Positions 49,240 through 60,600 of a stretch of DNA of 64,000 nt are shown in pieces. The notes beneath the pieces were generated by a model. It saw nothing but the letters and a program-made list of their open reading frames with translations. It searched no databases and was not told the DNA's origin. The translations under genes and the position numbers were made by a program. This DNA is from Planctomycetota bacterium. GTDB taxonomy: Bacteria; Planctomycetota; B15-G4; SIAN01. Where the stretch lies: the NCBI GenBank assembly GCA_031409275.1, contig JANNXA010000030.1, positions 1 through 64,000 of the forward strand, in the 5' to 3' direction. Position 1 is the stretch's first letter, and each line of letters begins with the position of its first letter.

Positions 49240-52200
49240 TCACGGCTGCAGCAGGCCGTAGTGGACGAGGTATCGCCACACGAAGTCGTTCAGGATCGGA
49301 TCGCTCGCCATGCTTTGGTAGGTCGGCTCCGCCATGCTGCGGTTCATCTCGACACCGTAGCTGTAGGCGGTCTCGCTCGCCTTCCACTCGAGCAGCAGGT
49401 TGATGATGCTCTGGTTGGCGTAAGCGCTCGTGCTGGGCTCATCGATGTAGTAACCGGGCGGTGCGCAAGAAGGCGGGTTGGGGTTGCCCCCGTCGCCTGC
49501 GAAGACATCGGTGATGTAGTAATCGCCGGTGTCGCGGTTGTGGTCATCGAGGATGCCGCGCCGCGCATAGTGATAGAGGTCGGGAGCGCGCTGGAGCAGG
49601 TTCGTCACGAGCGGGTCGCCGGGCGCGTGGTGATCGCGGTAGTGGATGAAGCGATGGAATGCCTGCGCATTGCCGCGCAGGTCGGTCCACTGCTGTGACA
49701 TGTACCCGTACAGCGCCTTGTCGGACGACTTGCCGGCAGCCCAGGTGATCATGTAGCCGTCGAGATTGGTCGCGCTGCCGACGGGGGTGCCGACCGGCGC
49801 CTGCCAACCGAGCATGCCGGTGTCGACCCCGAAGCCGTTCGGCTGCTTGAACACCACATTCGCCCATTGGTACATGATCGTGCGCAACCACGCCTCGAGC
49901 TCCGCGTTCGGAGCGAGGTCGAGCGCAGCCATCGCGGCGGTGGTGACAGCGCTGTAGGTGCCGAGCACGAAGTTGCCGTACGGCTGCACGTTGGGCGAGA
50001 TGGCGGGCGAGAGGATCGTCTCCGAGAGCGCCTTCGCCGAATCGAGGAGAGGAGTCTCTCCACGGGTGAACGCCCAGTCGGGCACGGCCTGGAAGAAGGT
50101 GTGCTTGCTGCCGTCGTACATGTCGGACTTGCGCGTGACCTGAGCATTCGCGTTGCGGACCTTCTGGCGATCCTCGAGCGCGCCGTCGTCGATGTTCCAA
50201 GCCATCTTGTCGGCTTTGTATTGCGCCTCGAAGAACGAGTGGAGGTAGGAGCCGCCGTGGCCCGTCCGTAGCCAGTGGTAGAAGCGGCGCGTCTCCTCCC
50301 AGTTGTTGTTGGCGCCGCCCGTCTCGCCGGCGAACCGAAAGACGGTTCGAATCGGGTCGGAAGCGTCGGGTTGGGTGGCGCGGATGCCAGCGAGGTTCTG
50401 GTAGGTCTTGAATTGCGCCTCGTCGACCAGCTTCCACGGCCAGACTTGGGACTGGTTGTAGGCGAACAGCGCGGCGCGCGCCGCGAGCGGGTAGTCGAAC
50501 GTCGTCGCGACGGCGATCGGGTCGCTCGCCGGCGCCGACTCGAACGAGAGATAGAAGACCCGTGTCTCGGCGCTGGCGTAGGGCAGTGGATAGGAGTGCG
50601 GGTCAGAGGGGACCTTGCGAGGCAGGAGGCCCACCTCGATCGCGCCATCGCCGACGGCGGCGAGCCCGACCGGCCACGTGCGGCACGCATGCTCGATGCC
50701 GAAGAGGACTCCGCGACCGGACGCGGAAGAGGTGACCTCGAGGAACGACGGATCGGTCAGCTCGTTCTCCGCGGAGAACCAGCCGCTCGCGGCATCGCCG
50801 CAGTATTCGGTGCTGCCGATCCGTTCACGAACGCCCTCGATCGCGAAGAGGTCGACACCGTTGCGCTGGATGAAGCCGAAGTACGCGGTCGAGTTGGAAT
50901 CGGTCTGGAGCCGGTAGTCGCTGCGCGAGACGTAGCCGAGCCGGAACTCGGCGTCCTGACCGCTGCCGATCGCGCCGCCGTTCAGCGTCGTCGAGTCCCC
51001 ACGCAGCGCGGGAGCGGGCATGCGGACGTCGAAGGGCCCCAGTTCGTTGAGCGTCGCCTGGTAGGTGAAACCGCGGAAGAGCAGGTGTTCGGGGAACTGC
51101 AGGCTCGTATCGCGCAACGACGCCGTGACTCGCAGCTCCGATTCGCCCTGGTTGGCCTCGACGTAGAAGCGCACGTAGATGCGGTCGGCGTCGGTCGGCG
51201 ATGCGGTGCGCGTGAAGGAACCGTCGATCTCGACCTCGGCGCGGACCGGCCCGTTGCGGCGCGTGGTCACTTTGCTCTTGTGCCACGTCCACTCGGCATC
51301 GGCCGCGTCCCAGAAGTGCGGGCGATTGCCTGCGGCGGTCGAGAGGAGGTCGAGGCCGCCTGCGCGGATCGACTGGAAGAGATCATCGACGGTGGAGTCG
51401 ATCGTGACCGTCATCGCGCCGGTGTCGATCGTGGTGAGCGTGCCGTCGGTGGACGCGATCCACGCACCGCCAAAACTCCCGGAGCCCTTGTCGACCTGGA
51501 CGGTGTTGTCCGTGGCGCCCGCCGCAAGGCTGGCGAGGTACTCGCACAAGACCCACTTGCAGCTGCCGTCGTCCCACCTGGCGAGCGTCGAGAACTGACC
51601 CGCGGTCGCGCCTCCCGTGAGCGTCAGGTTCGGCACGCCGAAGCCGTTCTCGAACACCTGGCCTGGAGGCAACGGAACGCCGACGCGAACCGGTTGCGCA
51701 ACCACGTCGATCCCGGCGCGGCCCGGCCGCAGCACCTCCTGCGTGGTCAGCGGAATCGGAAAGACGATCGAACTGGATGGCGGAGTGGTCAACGCCTCGT
51801 CGGGATGGCACTCGACCAGGGACGTGAGTCGACCACCGCGCGGCGTCGACAGGTAGCCCTGGATGTAGGTGATTCCGTTCCAGCGGCTGCCGTCGACGAT
51901 GCCTTGGTACGTCGTGCCGCTGACGCTGATGATCTCGCACGAGTTGAGGTCGATGCCGAAGTAGCCCGGCGTCGTGGGATCGGGATGCGTCGCGACGACG
52001 ATTCGGTCGGAGAGGTAGAGCGTGACCTCGGTCGCGTCCGACGGAGCGTTCATGAACTCGACGGTGAACGACTGATCGTCGGCGAACTGATCGATCTCGA
52101 GGTACATCGGCCGCTCGCCATTGACGAACGAGCCCATTGAAACGGTCGACGGCGTGGTGCCGCCGCTGCCGCCCCCTCCCGAACCGCCACCCCCACCGCC

Positions 52201-52311
52201 GCCATCGCCGCAGTCGATGGGCGGCAGGACCCCGGTGGCGAGATCGCCCGCGGAACCACCGCCACCGCACGCGGGGACAAGCAAGGCAAGGAGGAAGAGG
52301 GGCGTCCGCAT
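49240..52311 (-). CDS. Large lipoprotein with poly-Gly linker and PcRGLX/YetA-like (polysaccharide lyase-like) domains
   Basis: LLVPAC lipobox; PVRVGVPLPPG...LARWDDGSCKWVL barrel motif; GPVRA; aromatic-rich helical C-terminus. Confidence 0.65.
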   Translation of the reverse strand: MRTPLFLLALLVPACGGGGSAGDLATGVLPPIDCGDGGGGGGGSGGGGSGGTTPSTVSMGSFVNGERPMYLEIDQFADDQSFTVEFMNAPSDATEVTLYLSDRIVVATHPDPTTPGYFGIDLNSCEIISVSGTTYQGIVDGSRWNGITYIQGYLSTPRGGRLTSLVECHPDEALTTPPSSSIVFPIPLTTQEVLRPGRAGIDVVAQPVRVGVPLPPGQVFENGFGVPNLTLTGGATAGQFSTLARWDDGSCKWVLCEYLASLAAGATDNTVQVDKGSGSFGGAWIASTDGTLTTIDTGAMTVTIDSTVDDLFQSIRAGGLDLLSTAAGNRPHFWDAADAEWTWHKSKVTTRRNGPVRAEVEIDGSFTRTASPTDADRIYVRFYVEANQGESELRVTASLRDTSLQFPEHLLFRGFTYQATLNELGPFDVRMPAPALRGDSTTLNGGAIGSGQDAEFRLGYVSRSDYRLQTDSNSTAYFGFIQRNGVDLFAIEGVRERIGSTEYCGDAASGWFSAENELTDPSFLEVTSSASGRGVLFGIEHACRTWPVGLAAVGDGAIEVGLLPRKVPSDPHSYPLPYASAETRVFYLSFESAPASDPIAVATTFDYPLAARAALFAYNQSQVWPWKLVDEAQFKTYQNLAGIRATQPDASDPIRTVFRFAGETGGANNNWEETRRFYHWLRTGHGGSYLHSFFEAQYKADKMAWNIDDGALEDRQKVRNANAQVTRKSDMYDGSKHTFFQAVPDWAFTRGETPLLDSAKALSETILSPAISPNVQPYGNFVLGTYSAVTTAAMAALDLAPNAELEAWLRTIMYQWANVVFKQPNGFGVDTGMLGWQAPVGTPVGSATNLDGYMITWAAGKSSDKALYGYMSQQWTDLRGNAQAFHRFIHYRDHHAPGDPLVTNLLQRAPDLYHYARRGILDDHNRDTGDYYITDVFAGDGGNPNPPSCAPPGYYIDEPSTSAYANQSIINLLLEWKASETAYSYGVEMNRSMAEPTYQSMASDPILNDFVWRYLVHYGLLQP

Positions 52312-52435
52312 CAGCTCGAATCTAGCTCAAGTCCGCGCGTGGCGCCTGTCGCTCGACGTCGTTCCACGCGGCCAGGCCGCCTTTTTCGTGTGGAAACGAT
52401 TGCGCTCGTCGCCGCCGCGGAGTCGGCGGCACGAG

Positions 52436-52545
52436 TCACTGCGGCCGTTTGGGGATCCGCAGCGCCTTCAAGCGCGAGGCGAGTGTGGTGGGCGGCATGC
52501 CGAGCAGCACCGCGGCGCCGCGCGGACCGAAGACGCCCCCGGTAC
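52436..52545 (-). pseudogene. Remnant: C-terminal Fis-type HTH of a sigma-54 activator (FhlA/HyfR-like)
   Basis: GVFGPRGAAVLLGMPPTTLASRLKALRI followed by a stop; no AAA+ domain upstream. Confidence 0.7.
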
Positions 52546-52847
52546 CGGCAAGTCGGGCGATCTGCCGCCGCGACCCGAACGCGCTCCGGCGTGGCGAAGC
52601 GCGCCGATCGATCGCTTGAAGGGGCTGAAGCTCACGCTCGCGATCGAGCAGTACGCGCAGGCGTACGCCGACGTCCTCGAGAAGGGAGTCGCCTCTCGCA
52701 CCCCTGGTGCTGGCCATCAGCTGCGAGCGCTGCGCGTCCTCGCGCAGCGCTCGCCAGCTGCATGGCCCGGGAGGACCGCCGCGCGCCGCGCGGTCGGTCC
52801 GGCACGCGCGTTCAGCTGCGGGCCTTGCGCCCGTCAGCTGCAACGCG

Positions 52848-54407
52848 TCAATCGACCGTTCGCCAACTGCGGCCATCGCGAGTCAACAACTCGTCCGCCT
52901 CCTTCGGCCCGGCGCTGCCCGCGGCGTAGTTCGGGAAGCTGCGCGGCGGCAGCGATTGCCAGACGTCGAGCATCGGCGCGACCACCTTCCACGCCGCCTC
53001 GACCATGTCGGCACGCTGGAAGAGCGTCGCATCGCCAGCCATCGCGTCGTACAGCAGGCGCTCGTAGCCCGTCGACGGCGTCGAGCCGAAATGGTCGGCG
53101 TACTTGAAGTCCATCTGCACGCTGCCGAGGCGCACGGTCGCGCCCGGCATCTTGGCGCCGAACACCAGCGAGATGCCCTCGTTGGGTTGCACCGTGATGA
53201 TCAGCTGGTTGGGCGTCAGCTTCTCGACCGGCGTATCGCGGAACAGCGTGAATGGCGGCCGCTTGAAGGTGATCGCGATCTCGGTGTAGCGCTTCGCCAT
53301 CGCCTTGCCGACGCGCAAGTAGAACGGCACGTTGGTCCAGCGCCAGTTGTCGATGTTGAGCTTCATCGCCACGTAGGTCTCGGTGCGCGAATCGGGGCGC
53401 ACCTTGGGCGTCGAGCGGTAGGCGGGGATCTTCTTGCTGCCGCTCTGCCCTTCGCCGTATTGGCCGCGCACCGTGCGCGCCAGCACCTCTTCGGGCGACA
53501 TCGGCTGCATCGCGCGCAGCACCTTGGTCTGCTCGTCGCGAACCGCGTCCGCCTCGAAGCTGATCGGCGGCTCCATCGCCACCAGCGAGATCAGCTGGAA
53601 GATGTGGTTCGGGACCATGTCGCGCAGCGCGCCGCTCTTGTCGTAGTAGTCGCCGCGCGTCTCGACGCCGACCGTCTCCGCCACCGTGATCTGGACGTGG
53701 TCGACGTAGCGACGATTCCAGATCGGCTCGAAGATCCCGTTCGCGAAGCGGAACATCATCAGGTTCTGGACCGTCTCTTTCCCGAGGTAGTGATCGATGC
53801 GGTAGATCTGCCGCTCGTCGAGCAGCCGACGCAGCTCCGCGTTCAGCGCGCGCGCCGATTCGTAGTCGCGGCCGAACGGCTTCTCCACGATCACGCGCCG
53901 CCAGCGGCCTTCGGTCTCCTGCGTCAGGCCGGCCGCGGAGAGCTTGGCGACCACCTCGCCGAAGAACTCCGGCGCGGTCGCCATGTAGAAGAGCGCGTTG
54001 CCGCGCGTGTTGCGTTCCTTCTCGACGCGCGCCAGCACCGCCGCCAGCTTCTGGAAGGCGTCGCCCTCGTTGAAGTCGGCCTGGCAGTAGTAGACGCGTT
54101 CCTTGAGCCAGCCCCACTGCTCGGGCGTGAGCTCGCTGGTCGCGAACTCGCGCATGTCCGCTTCGAGCTTGGTGCGGTAGCCCTCGTCGCCGATCGCCTG
54201 GCGGGCGAAGCCGATGACCGCGAAGTCATCGGACAGCAGCCGTTCGCGCACGAGGTTGTAGAGCGCCGGGATGAGCTTGCGCTTGGTGAGGTCGCCGCCG
54301 GCACCGAAGATCACCAGCGCGCATGGCCCGACCGGCTTGCCCGATGCGATCGGTTCCACGGCGTTCGTCCTCGCAGCAGTGCCCAAGGTCCCGATGGGAT
54401 CCGTCAC
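52848..54407 (-). CDS. zwf: Glucose-6-phosphate 1-dehydrogenase
   Basis: [36 protein letters not shown]. Confidence 0.97.
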   Translation of the reverse strand: MTDPIGTLGTAARTNAVEPIASGKPVGPCALVIFGAGGDLTKRKLIPALYNLVRERLLSDDFAVIGFARQAIGDEGYRTKLEADMREFATSELTPEQWGWLKERVYYCQADFNEGDAFQKLAAVLARVEKERNTRGNALFYMATAPEFFGEVVAKLSAAGLTQETEGRWRRVIVEKPFGRDYESARALNAELRRLLDERQIYRIDHYLGKETVQNLMMFRFANGIFEPIWNRRYVDHVQITVAETVGVETRGDYYDKSGALRDMVPNHIFQLISLVAMEPPISFEADAVRDEQTKVLRAMQPMSPEEVLARTVRGQYGEGQSGSKKIPAYRSTPKVRPDSRTETYVAMKLNIDNWRWTNVPFYLRVGKAMAKRYTEIAITFKRPPFTLFRDTPVEKLTPNQLIITVQPNEGISLVFGAKMPGATVRLGSVQMDFKYADHFGSTPSTGYERLLYDAMAGDATLFQRADMVEAAWKVVAPMLDVWQSLPPRSFPNYAAGSAGPKEADELLTRDGRSWRTVD

Positions 54408-57292
54408 GAGAGCGCCTCCGTCACCGCGTCGGCCAGCTTCTTCAATCCGCTGGCCACATCGCTGCCGAGATGGACGCGCAACGCGCGTCGTCCTCGCTCG
54501 GCCAGCACTTCGAAGTCACCGCGCGCCTGCGCCGCCTTGACGATCCCGAAGCTGTACTTCGCCCCGGGCACCGCCGCGTCGCGCGCATCGTCGCAGGTGA
54601 TCTGCACGAAGACTCCCGAGTTCGGCCCGCCCTTGTAGGCCTGTCCAGTCGAGTGCAGGAAGCGCGGGCCGAAACCCATCACGGTGGCGACGCGCTTCGC
54701 GTTCCTCACCTCGTGGCGCATCCGCTGGATCAGCGACTCGTGGGTCGCGGTCATGTCGACGTAGGCGAGGAAGCCGGCGTAGTCGCCCGGCTGCAGGCGC
54801 GCAACGTGCGCGCGCAGGAGCTTGGCGAGCGTCGCGCCGCCGCCCGCGGCCTGCTGCAGCGCGGCCGCGTTCTTCGCGTCGGCGAAGAGCTTGATGCCAT
54901 CGCCGTTCCAGAAAGGCGTCTCCGCGGGCAGCGCGCCGCTCTGCTCGAACGCCGAGGTGATCTTCTTGGTCGCGATCTTGCTCGCTTCGACGTCCGGCTG
55001 ATCGAACGGATGGATGCCGAGCACCGATCCCGCCACCGCCGTCGCGACTTCGAGCACGAACATCTCGCCGGCGAGGTCGTAGCGGTCCGCGAGCGGGATG
55101 CGGATCACCGGATGGCCCGCCGCCGCCAGCGCGGTCAGCGCTTCGCTCGTGCGTGGGTCGACCTGACCTGGCAGTTCGAAGCTGAGGAAGACCCGGTCGC
55201 TGCCGTACTTCTCGGGACCGCCGAGGCACTCGCGATCGACCGGGATCAGCCCCTTGCCGACCTTGCCGGTCGACTCGGCGACGAGCTGCTCGATCCAGGC
55301 GCCGAAGTCGGCGATGCCCTGCGAAGTGACGACCGTCAGCTTGTCGCGTCCGAACTTCGCCGCGGCGCCGAGGACGAGTCCGAGGTGGACGCCGGGGTTG
55401 TCGCGGATGGACGAAGCCATGCACGCCTGCTTCATCGCCGCGGCGCGCTCGAGCAGCTTGGCGACATCGAGGCCCATCGCCGCCGCCGGAACGAGGCCGA
55501 AGTCGGAGAGCGCCGAGTAGCGGCCGCCCACGCTCTTCACGCCGTGGAAGATGCGGCGGAAGCCGTCGGCCTGCGCGACCTTCTCCATGTTGGAACCGGG
55601 ATCGGTCACCGTGATGAAGCGGCGACCTGCTTCCTTCGCGCCGACGACCTGCTTCACGCGCTCGAAGAACCACGCCTTGAAGATGTTGGGCTCGAGCGTG
55701 CTGCCCGACTTGCTGGAGACGCAGAAGAGCGTGCGCGTCAGGTTGATGCGCCGTTCGGTCGCGTGGAGCTGCGCGGGGTCGGTGGAATCGAGCACGACCA
55801 TCTGCGGCATGCCCGGCTGCGGCCCGAACGTCTCGGCCCACACTTCCGGGCAAAGGCTCGAGCCGCCCATGCCGAGCAGGCAGACGTGGGTGAAGCCCGC
55901 TTCCTTCACGTCCTTCGCGAGGTCGGTGAACTTCGCGAGCTGCTTCCGCTGCTCGTCGACGATCGTCAGCCAGCCGGTCCAGCTCGCCTCGTCGCCGCCG
56001 CTCCAGAGCTTCGCATCGGAAGCCCACAGTCGCGCGACCTTGCCACCCGCGGTCCAGTCGGCCAGCAGCTTGGCGAACTCGCCCTCGATCGCGGCCGGCA
56101 GGCGCACCGAGACCAGCGCGCTGCTGCCGTTGCTCGGCTCGACCGGCGTGCCGCCGTGCTTCGCCACGGCAGCGAGCAGCTTGTCGAACGCGTCCTTGAA
56201 GATCTTCACGCCATCGGCCAGCAGCGCGTCGGTCGCGCTCTTCAACGAGACGCCGCACTTGGCGAGTTCGGCAAGCGTGCGCGTGGCACCCTCGAGATCG
56301 GCGGTGAGCGTCGGCTGCACGACGCCGTGATCCTTGAACGCCTCGTAGGTCGCCGGCGGAATCGTCTCCACCGTCTCGACGCCGATCAGCCCCTCGACGT
56401 AGACGACGTCGCGGTACTTCGGGTTCTTGGTGCTCGTCGAGGCCCACAGCAGGCGCTGCGGCTGCGCGCCCTTCGCCGCCAAGGCAGCCCAGCGCGGCCC
56501 GCTCTTCAATGCGCGGTAGTGCTGATAGGCGAGCTTCGCGTTCGCGATCGCCACCTTGCCCAGCAGCGCTTCGATGCGCGCCTTCTCGGCGGGGGTCGCC
56601 GCCTTCTTCGCCAGCTCTTCGAGCTTGCCGTCGATCAGCGAATCGATGCGGCTGATGAAGAAGCTGGCCACCGACGCGACGCGGCCTGGATCGCCGCCCT
56701 TGGCGACGAACTGCTCGATCCCGGCGAGCCACGCGTCCGCGACCGCTTCGTAGGCGTCGACGCTGAACAGCAGCGTGATGTTGACGTTGATGCCTTCGGC
56801 CAGCAGCTCACGCACGGCCGGAATGCACGGCGGTGTCGCCGGCACCTTGATCATCAGGTTCGCGCGATCGACCGACCTCCACAGGCGACGCGCCTCGGCC
56901 AGCGTGCCGACGCGATCGAATGCGAGTTCGGGTGAGACCTCGAGGCTGACGTAGCCGTCGAGGCGCTTGGTGGCTTCGTACACCGGCTTCAGCAGGTCGC
57001 ATGCGGCCTGGATGTCGGCGATGGCGAGGCGCTCGAAGACCGCTTTCGGATCGCGCGCGCACTCGGCGCCCGCCGCCGCGAGGTCCTTGCTGTAGTCCTT
57101 CGAGCCCGCGATCGCCTTCTCGAAGATCGCCGGGTTGCTGGTCATCCCGCGCAGACCGTCGCTGGCGATCATTCGCGCGAGCGAGCCGTCCTCGAGCATG
57201 CTGCGCTGGATGAAGTCGAGCCACACCGACTGACCGGCCGCGTTCAACTGGGCGAGACGCGCGGACGTCGACGAAGAGGTGGTGGAGTTCAT
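54404..57292 (-). CDS. tal-pgi: Bifunctional transaldolase/phosphoglucose isomerase
   Basis: Transaldolase: [63 protein letters not shown]. Confidence 0.95.
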   Translation of the reverse strand: MNSTTSSSTSARLAQLNAAGQSVWLDFIQRSMLEDGSLARMIASDGLRGMTSNPAIFEKAIAGSKDYSKDLAAAGAECARDPKAVFERLAIADIQAACDLLKPVYEATKRLDGYVSLEVSPELAFDRVGTLAEARRLWRSVDRANLMIKVPATPPCIPAVRELLAEGINVNITLLFSVDAYEAVADAWLAGIEQFVAKGGDPGRVASVASFFISRIDSLIDGKLEELAKKAATPAEKARIEALLGKVAIANAKLAYQHYRALKSGPRWAALAAKGAQPQRLLWASTSTKNPKYRDVVYVEGLIGVETVETIPPATYEAFKDHGVVQPTLTADLEGATRTLAELAKCGVSLKSATDALLADGVKIFKDAFDKLLAAVAKHGGTPVEPSNGSSALVSVRLPAAIEGEFAKLLADWTAGGKVARLWASDAKLWSGGDEASWTGWLTIVDEQRKQLAKFTDLAKDVKEAGFTHVCLLGMGGSSLCPEVWAETFGPQPGMPQMVVLDSTDPAQLHATERRINLTRTLFCVSSKSGSTLEPNIFKAWFFERVKQVVGAKEAGRRFITVTDPGSNMEKVAQADGFRRIFHGVKSVGGRYSALSDFGLVPAAAMGLDVAKLLERAAAMKQACMASSIRDNPGVHLGLVLGAAAKFGRDKLTVVTSQGIADFGAWIEQLVAESTGKVGKGLIPVDRECLGGPEKYGSDRVFLSFELPGQVDPRTSEALTALAAAGHPVIRIPLADRYDLAGEMFVLEVATAVAGSVLGIHPFDQPDVEASKIATKKITSAFEQSGALPAETPFWNGDGIKLFADAKNAAALQQAAGGGATLAKLLRAHVARLQPGDYAGFLAYVDMTATHESLIQRMRHEVRNAKRVATVMGFGPRFLHSTGQAYKGGPNSGVFVQITCDDARDAAVPGAKYSFGIVKAAQARGDFEVLAERGRRALRVHLGSDVASGLKKLADAVTEALS

Positions 57293-57678
57293 CAAGCGGC
57301 TTCCTTGCTCGGGGCACGGCACGGCGCGCCGGACCGGACGACCCGGCGGCAACCGTTGCGGCAGTATCGGCGGCGATCGGAAAGAACTTCAGGTTCGCCG
57401 CCTCGGCGAGATGTGGCCGGGTCGGATGCCGGCGTCGCGATCGGCGTGTCAGAGGCCACCGATTCCCCCGTAGGTGCCCTGACGAGCCGGGGTGGAAAGC
57501 CCGAAGTGGGCTGGGCGTGGTTCCCGGCAAGTGCAGTCGGCGATGGATCGGAAAACGACCCCATGCTGGGGAACGAGCGAACGAAAACCGCACGGGCCCC
57601 TGCTTTGCCTTCCGCCCTCTGCCGCCGGCCTCGGACAGCGATCGAGCTGCCCGCCGCTGGATCTCGGAGGGAATCACG

Positions 57679-60600
57679 ATGACCGCTGTTCTTTCGCCCC
57701 TGCGGCCGGTTCTTCCCGGACGCCGCTCGCTGCTGCTGCTCTGCCTGATCGCGGCCGCCTGCGCCGGCGATGACGGCAAGGACGGAGTCGACGGCTCCAC
57801 TCCAACGACGCCGCTCAGTCGCGTTCTGACCAAGTGGGAAGACGGGCCGGGCGTGAACCTCGAGATCACCGGGGTCTCCGGCGCGACAGGGCCCTCGAAC
57901 AGCTTCGTTCCGGGCGACCGCATCGCGGTCACCTTCACCGCGAAGCGCAACGACGGCAGCAACTGGGGGCTCGACGAGCTCGACCACGGGCACATCCTCG
58001 TTTCGGGCCCGACCTTCAACTACCAGCCGGTGATCGCCGAGCAGACGGACCTCTTCACGGCATCGATCGACAACGGCGACGGCACCTACACCTACAAGTT
58101 CGCGACAGCGATCCCGTCGACCTATCTCGAGCCGGCCAACGACTCCTCCGCGTTCGGTCCCCTCGACGGCGAGCTGCAGGGCGATCCGCTGCTGGCCGGC
58201 ACCTACACGATCGGCATGTTCGGCCGCTGGGAGTACACGGTCGACGGCGCGACATTCAAGGAGGTCGGGCAGGCGACGCGCGACGTCTTGTTTGGCGGCG
58301 AGACGACCACCACCGCCCGCGAAGTGGTGAAGACCGACAACTGCAACCAGTGCCATGTCGCGCTGCAGGCCCACGACGGCGAGATCCGCAGCGCGCAGCT
58401 CTGCGTGCTTTGCCACACCTCGGGAGCCGAGGACACCAGCGGCAACGGTGTCTCGATCGATTTCCGCGTGATGATCCACAAGCTGCATGACGGCGCCCAC
58501 CTGCCTTCGGTACTCGGTGTGGCAACCAACAGCGACGGCTCGCGCAACTACGCCGCGACCAAGGTCCCCTACGAGATCACCGACGACGAGGGCGAGGTTA
58601 CGGACTTCTCCGACGTCGCCTTCCCGGTCTGGCCGAACCTCAACACGCCGATGCCGCGCGACTTCGGCTATTCGGCCCGGTCGTCGACGGAGAAGACGCT
58701 CGAAGCGACGATGCTCCAGGGCGCGACGCAGTGCTCGAAGTGCCACGGCGATCCCGACGACTCGGGCCTGCTGACCGGTCCGCTGACGGCGCCGGCGCAG
58801 GGCGGCCTCGCCTTCTCGCAGCCCTCTCGACGTGCGTGCGGCAGCTGCCATGACGACATCGACTGGACGCTGCCCTACGTCGCGAACCAGTTGCAGATGG
58901 ATCCGCAAAGCGACGACTCGTCGTGCCTGCCGTGCCACGCGCCGAGCGGCGTTGCGGGCGTCGGCCTGCCTCTCTCGACCGCGGCCGCGCACCTCCATCC
59001 GCTGAACGACGCCACCATCAACCCGGGCGTGAACTTCACCATCACCAGCGTCAGCGGAGCGAGCGGACCGGGCGGGAACTTCGCCAACGGCGACAAGCCG
59101 CGCATCGAGTTCACCGTCACCGACGACGACGACAACGACGTGCCGCTGCAGACGCTCGATGGCACCAGCACGCTGCTGGTCGGCCCAACCGCCAACTACC
59201 AGCACGTCTTCCCGTTTGCGAGCCCCAACGGCGCTTCGAGCGCGCTGCCGGTCGACTTCGCCGGTCGCTTGCAATCGTCGAGCACCACGAACAAGGGGAC
59301 GATGAGCAAGCTCGTCGGCGCCACCGATTCCGAGACGCTCATCGTCCAGTTCACCCCGTCGTCGACGGCGTTCACCGTCACCGGCACCAACAGCGGCTTG
59401 CTCGGCAGCGGAACGCTCGCGGCCGCGACCAGCACCAACTCCGACAGGTCCTCGATCAGCAGCGTGGAGCTCGCGCCCGGCGCCGTGGCTGAGACGATCA
59501 CGGTGCTCTTCACCAACCCGACCGCCAGCAGCACGACGTTCGCGGTCACGGGCTCGGTCAGCGGCGCGATGGGCAGCGGGACGATGCCCGCGTTCATCAA
59601 CGCGTCGACCCTCTTCACCTCGAATGACGGCAAGGTGTCGTTCATCGTCTCGAGCGGCGCGAACGCGTTCGCGTCCAATCAGACGATCCACCTCACGATC
59701 TTCCGCGGTGGCGGCGCCAACCCGGTGCTCTTCGCCATCGTGGTCGGCCGCACTTCGTTCGCGATCAACGACCGCATTTACTACGACACGGTCGCGGATG
59801 ACTCGTCGTACGAGTTCGCGCTGCCGATGGATCTGCCCAACGAATTCCTCGGCGACGGCAACGGCAGCATCGGGCAGGTCCTGACCGCGGCCAACGTGCC
59901 GGTCTACTACGGACGCCAGGTGCTCTCGGAACGCATCGCGCTCGATGCTTCCGGGCCGACGACCCTGATCGCCGCTTCGACCGAGCGCGCCCGCTACGTC
60001 GACGTCGCAGCAATCGACAGCGACCTTGCGAACGGCGACAACGTGGTGATCGACGACGGGATCGCCAGCTTCGAGGAGTACGCGCAGGTCGGCTACATCG
60101 ACAGCGCGAAGAAGCGCCTCTGGTTCCGCACTCCGCTGCGCTTCAGCCATGCCGCGACGACCGGCACCGTGCAGGAGGTGACGCTCAGCTTCCGGCAGGA
60201 GGGCGTGAACTACACGCTCGATCCGGCCACCGGCACCATCACGTCGCTCGCCGCCTTCACCACCGGCAACGCCATCGTGATGAACTACCGCACGGACGGA
60301 GCCTTCGGTTGGTATCGCCGCGCCGGCGACGCGCTGCAGGCGGTCTACGTCCCGCCCATCAACGACTCGCCCGACCTCGACTCGAGCTGGGGCGAATGGT
60401 CGGGGCTGACCTACCTGAGCGGCACCTACAGCGCCTCGATCTGGGGCCGCAAGAACAAGATCCTCGGCCTGCAGAACGAGGTGCAGACCTACAACGGCAT
60501 CGGCGAAGCATCGGTCGCCTCGCTCCTCTACGGCAGCGCGGCCGCTGAAGAGCCGCACGCGCTGGTCTCGAGCGGCGCGAACTGCGAGAGCTGCCACACG

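Noticed and set aside
57479..57531. Hammerhead ribozyme (CTGACGA followed by a GC stem)
   Set aside because: The stem closes with AAG rather than the required GAAA, and stems I and III are not evident.
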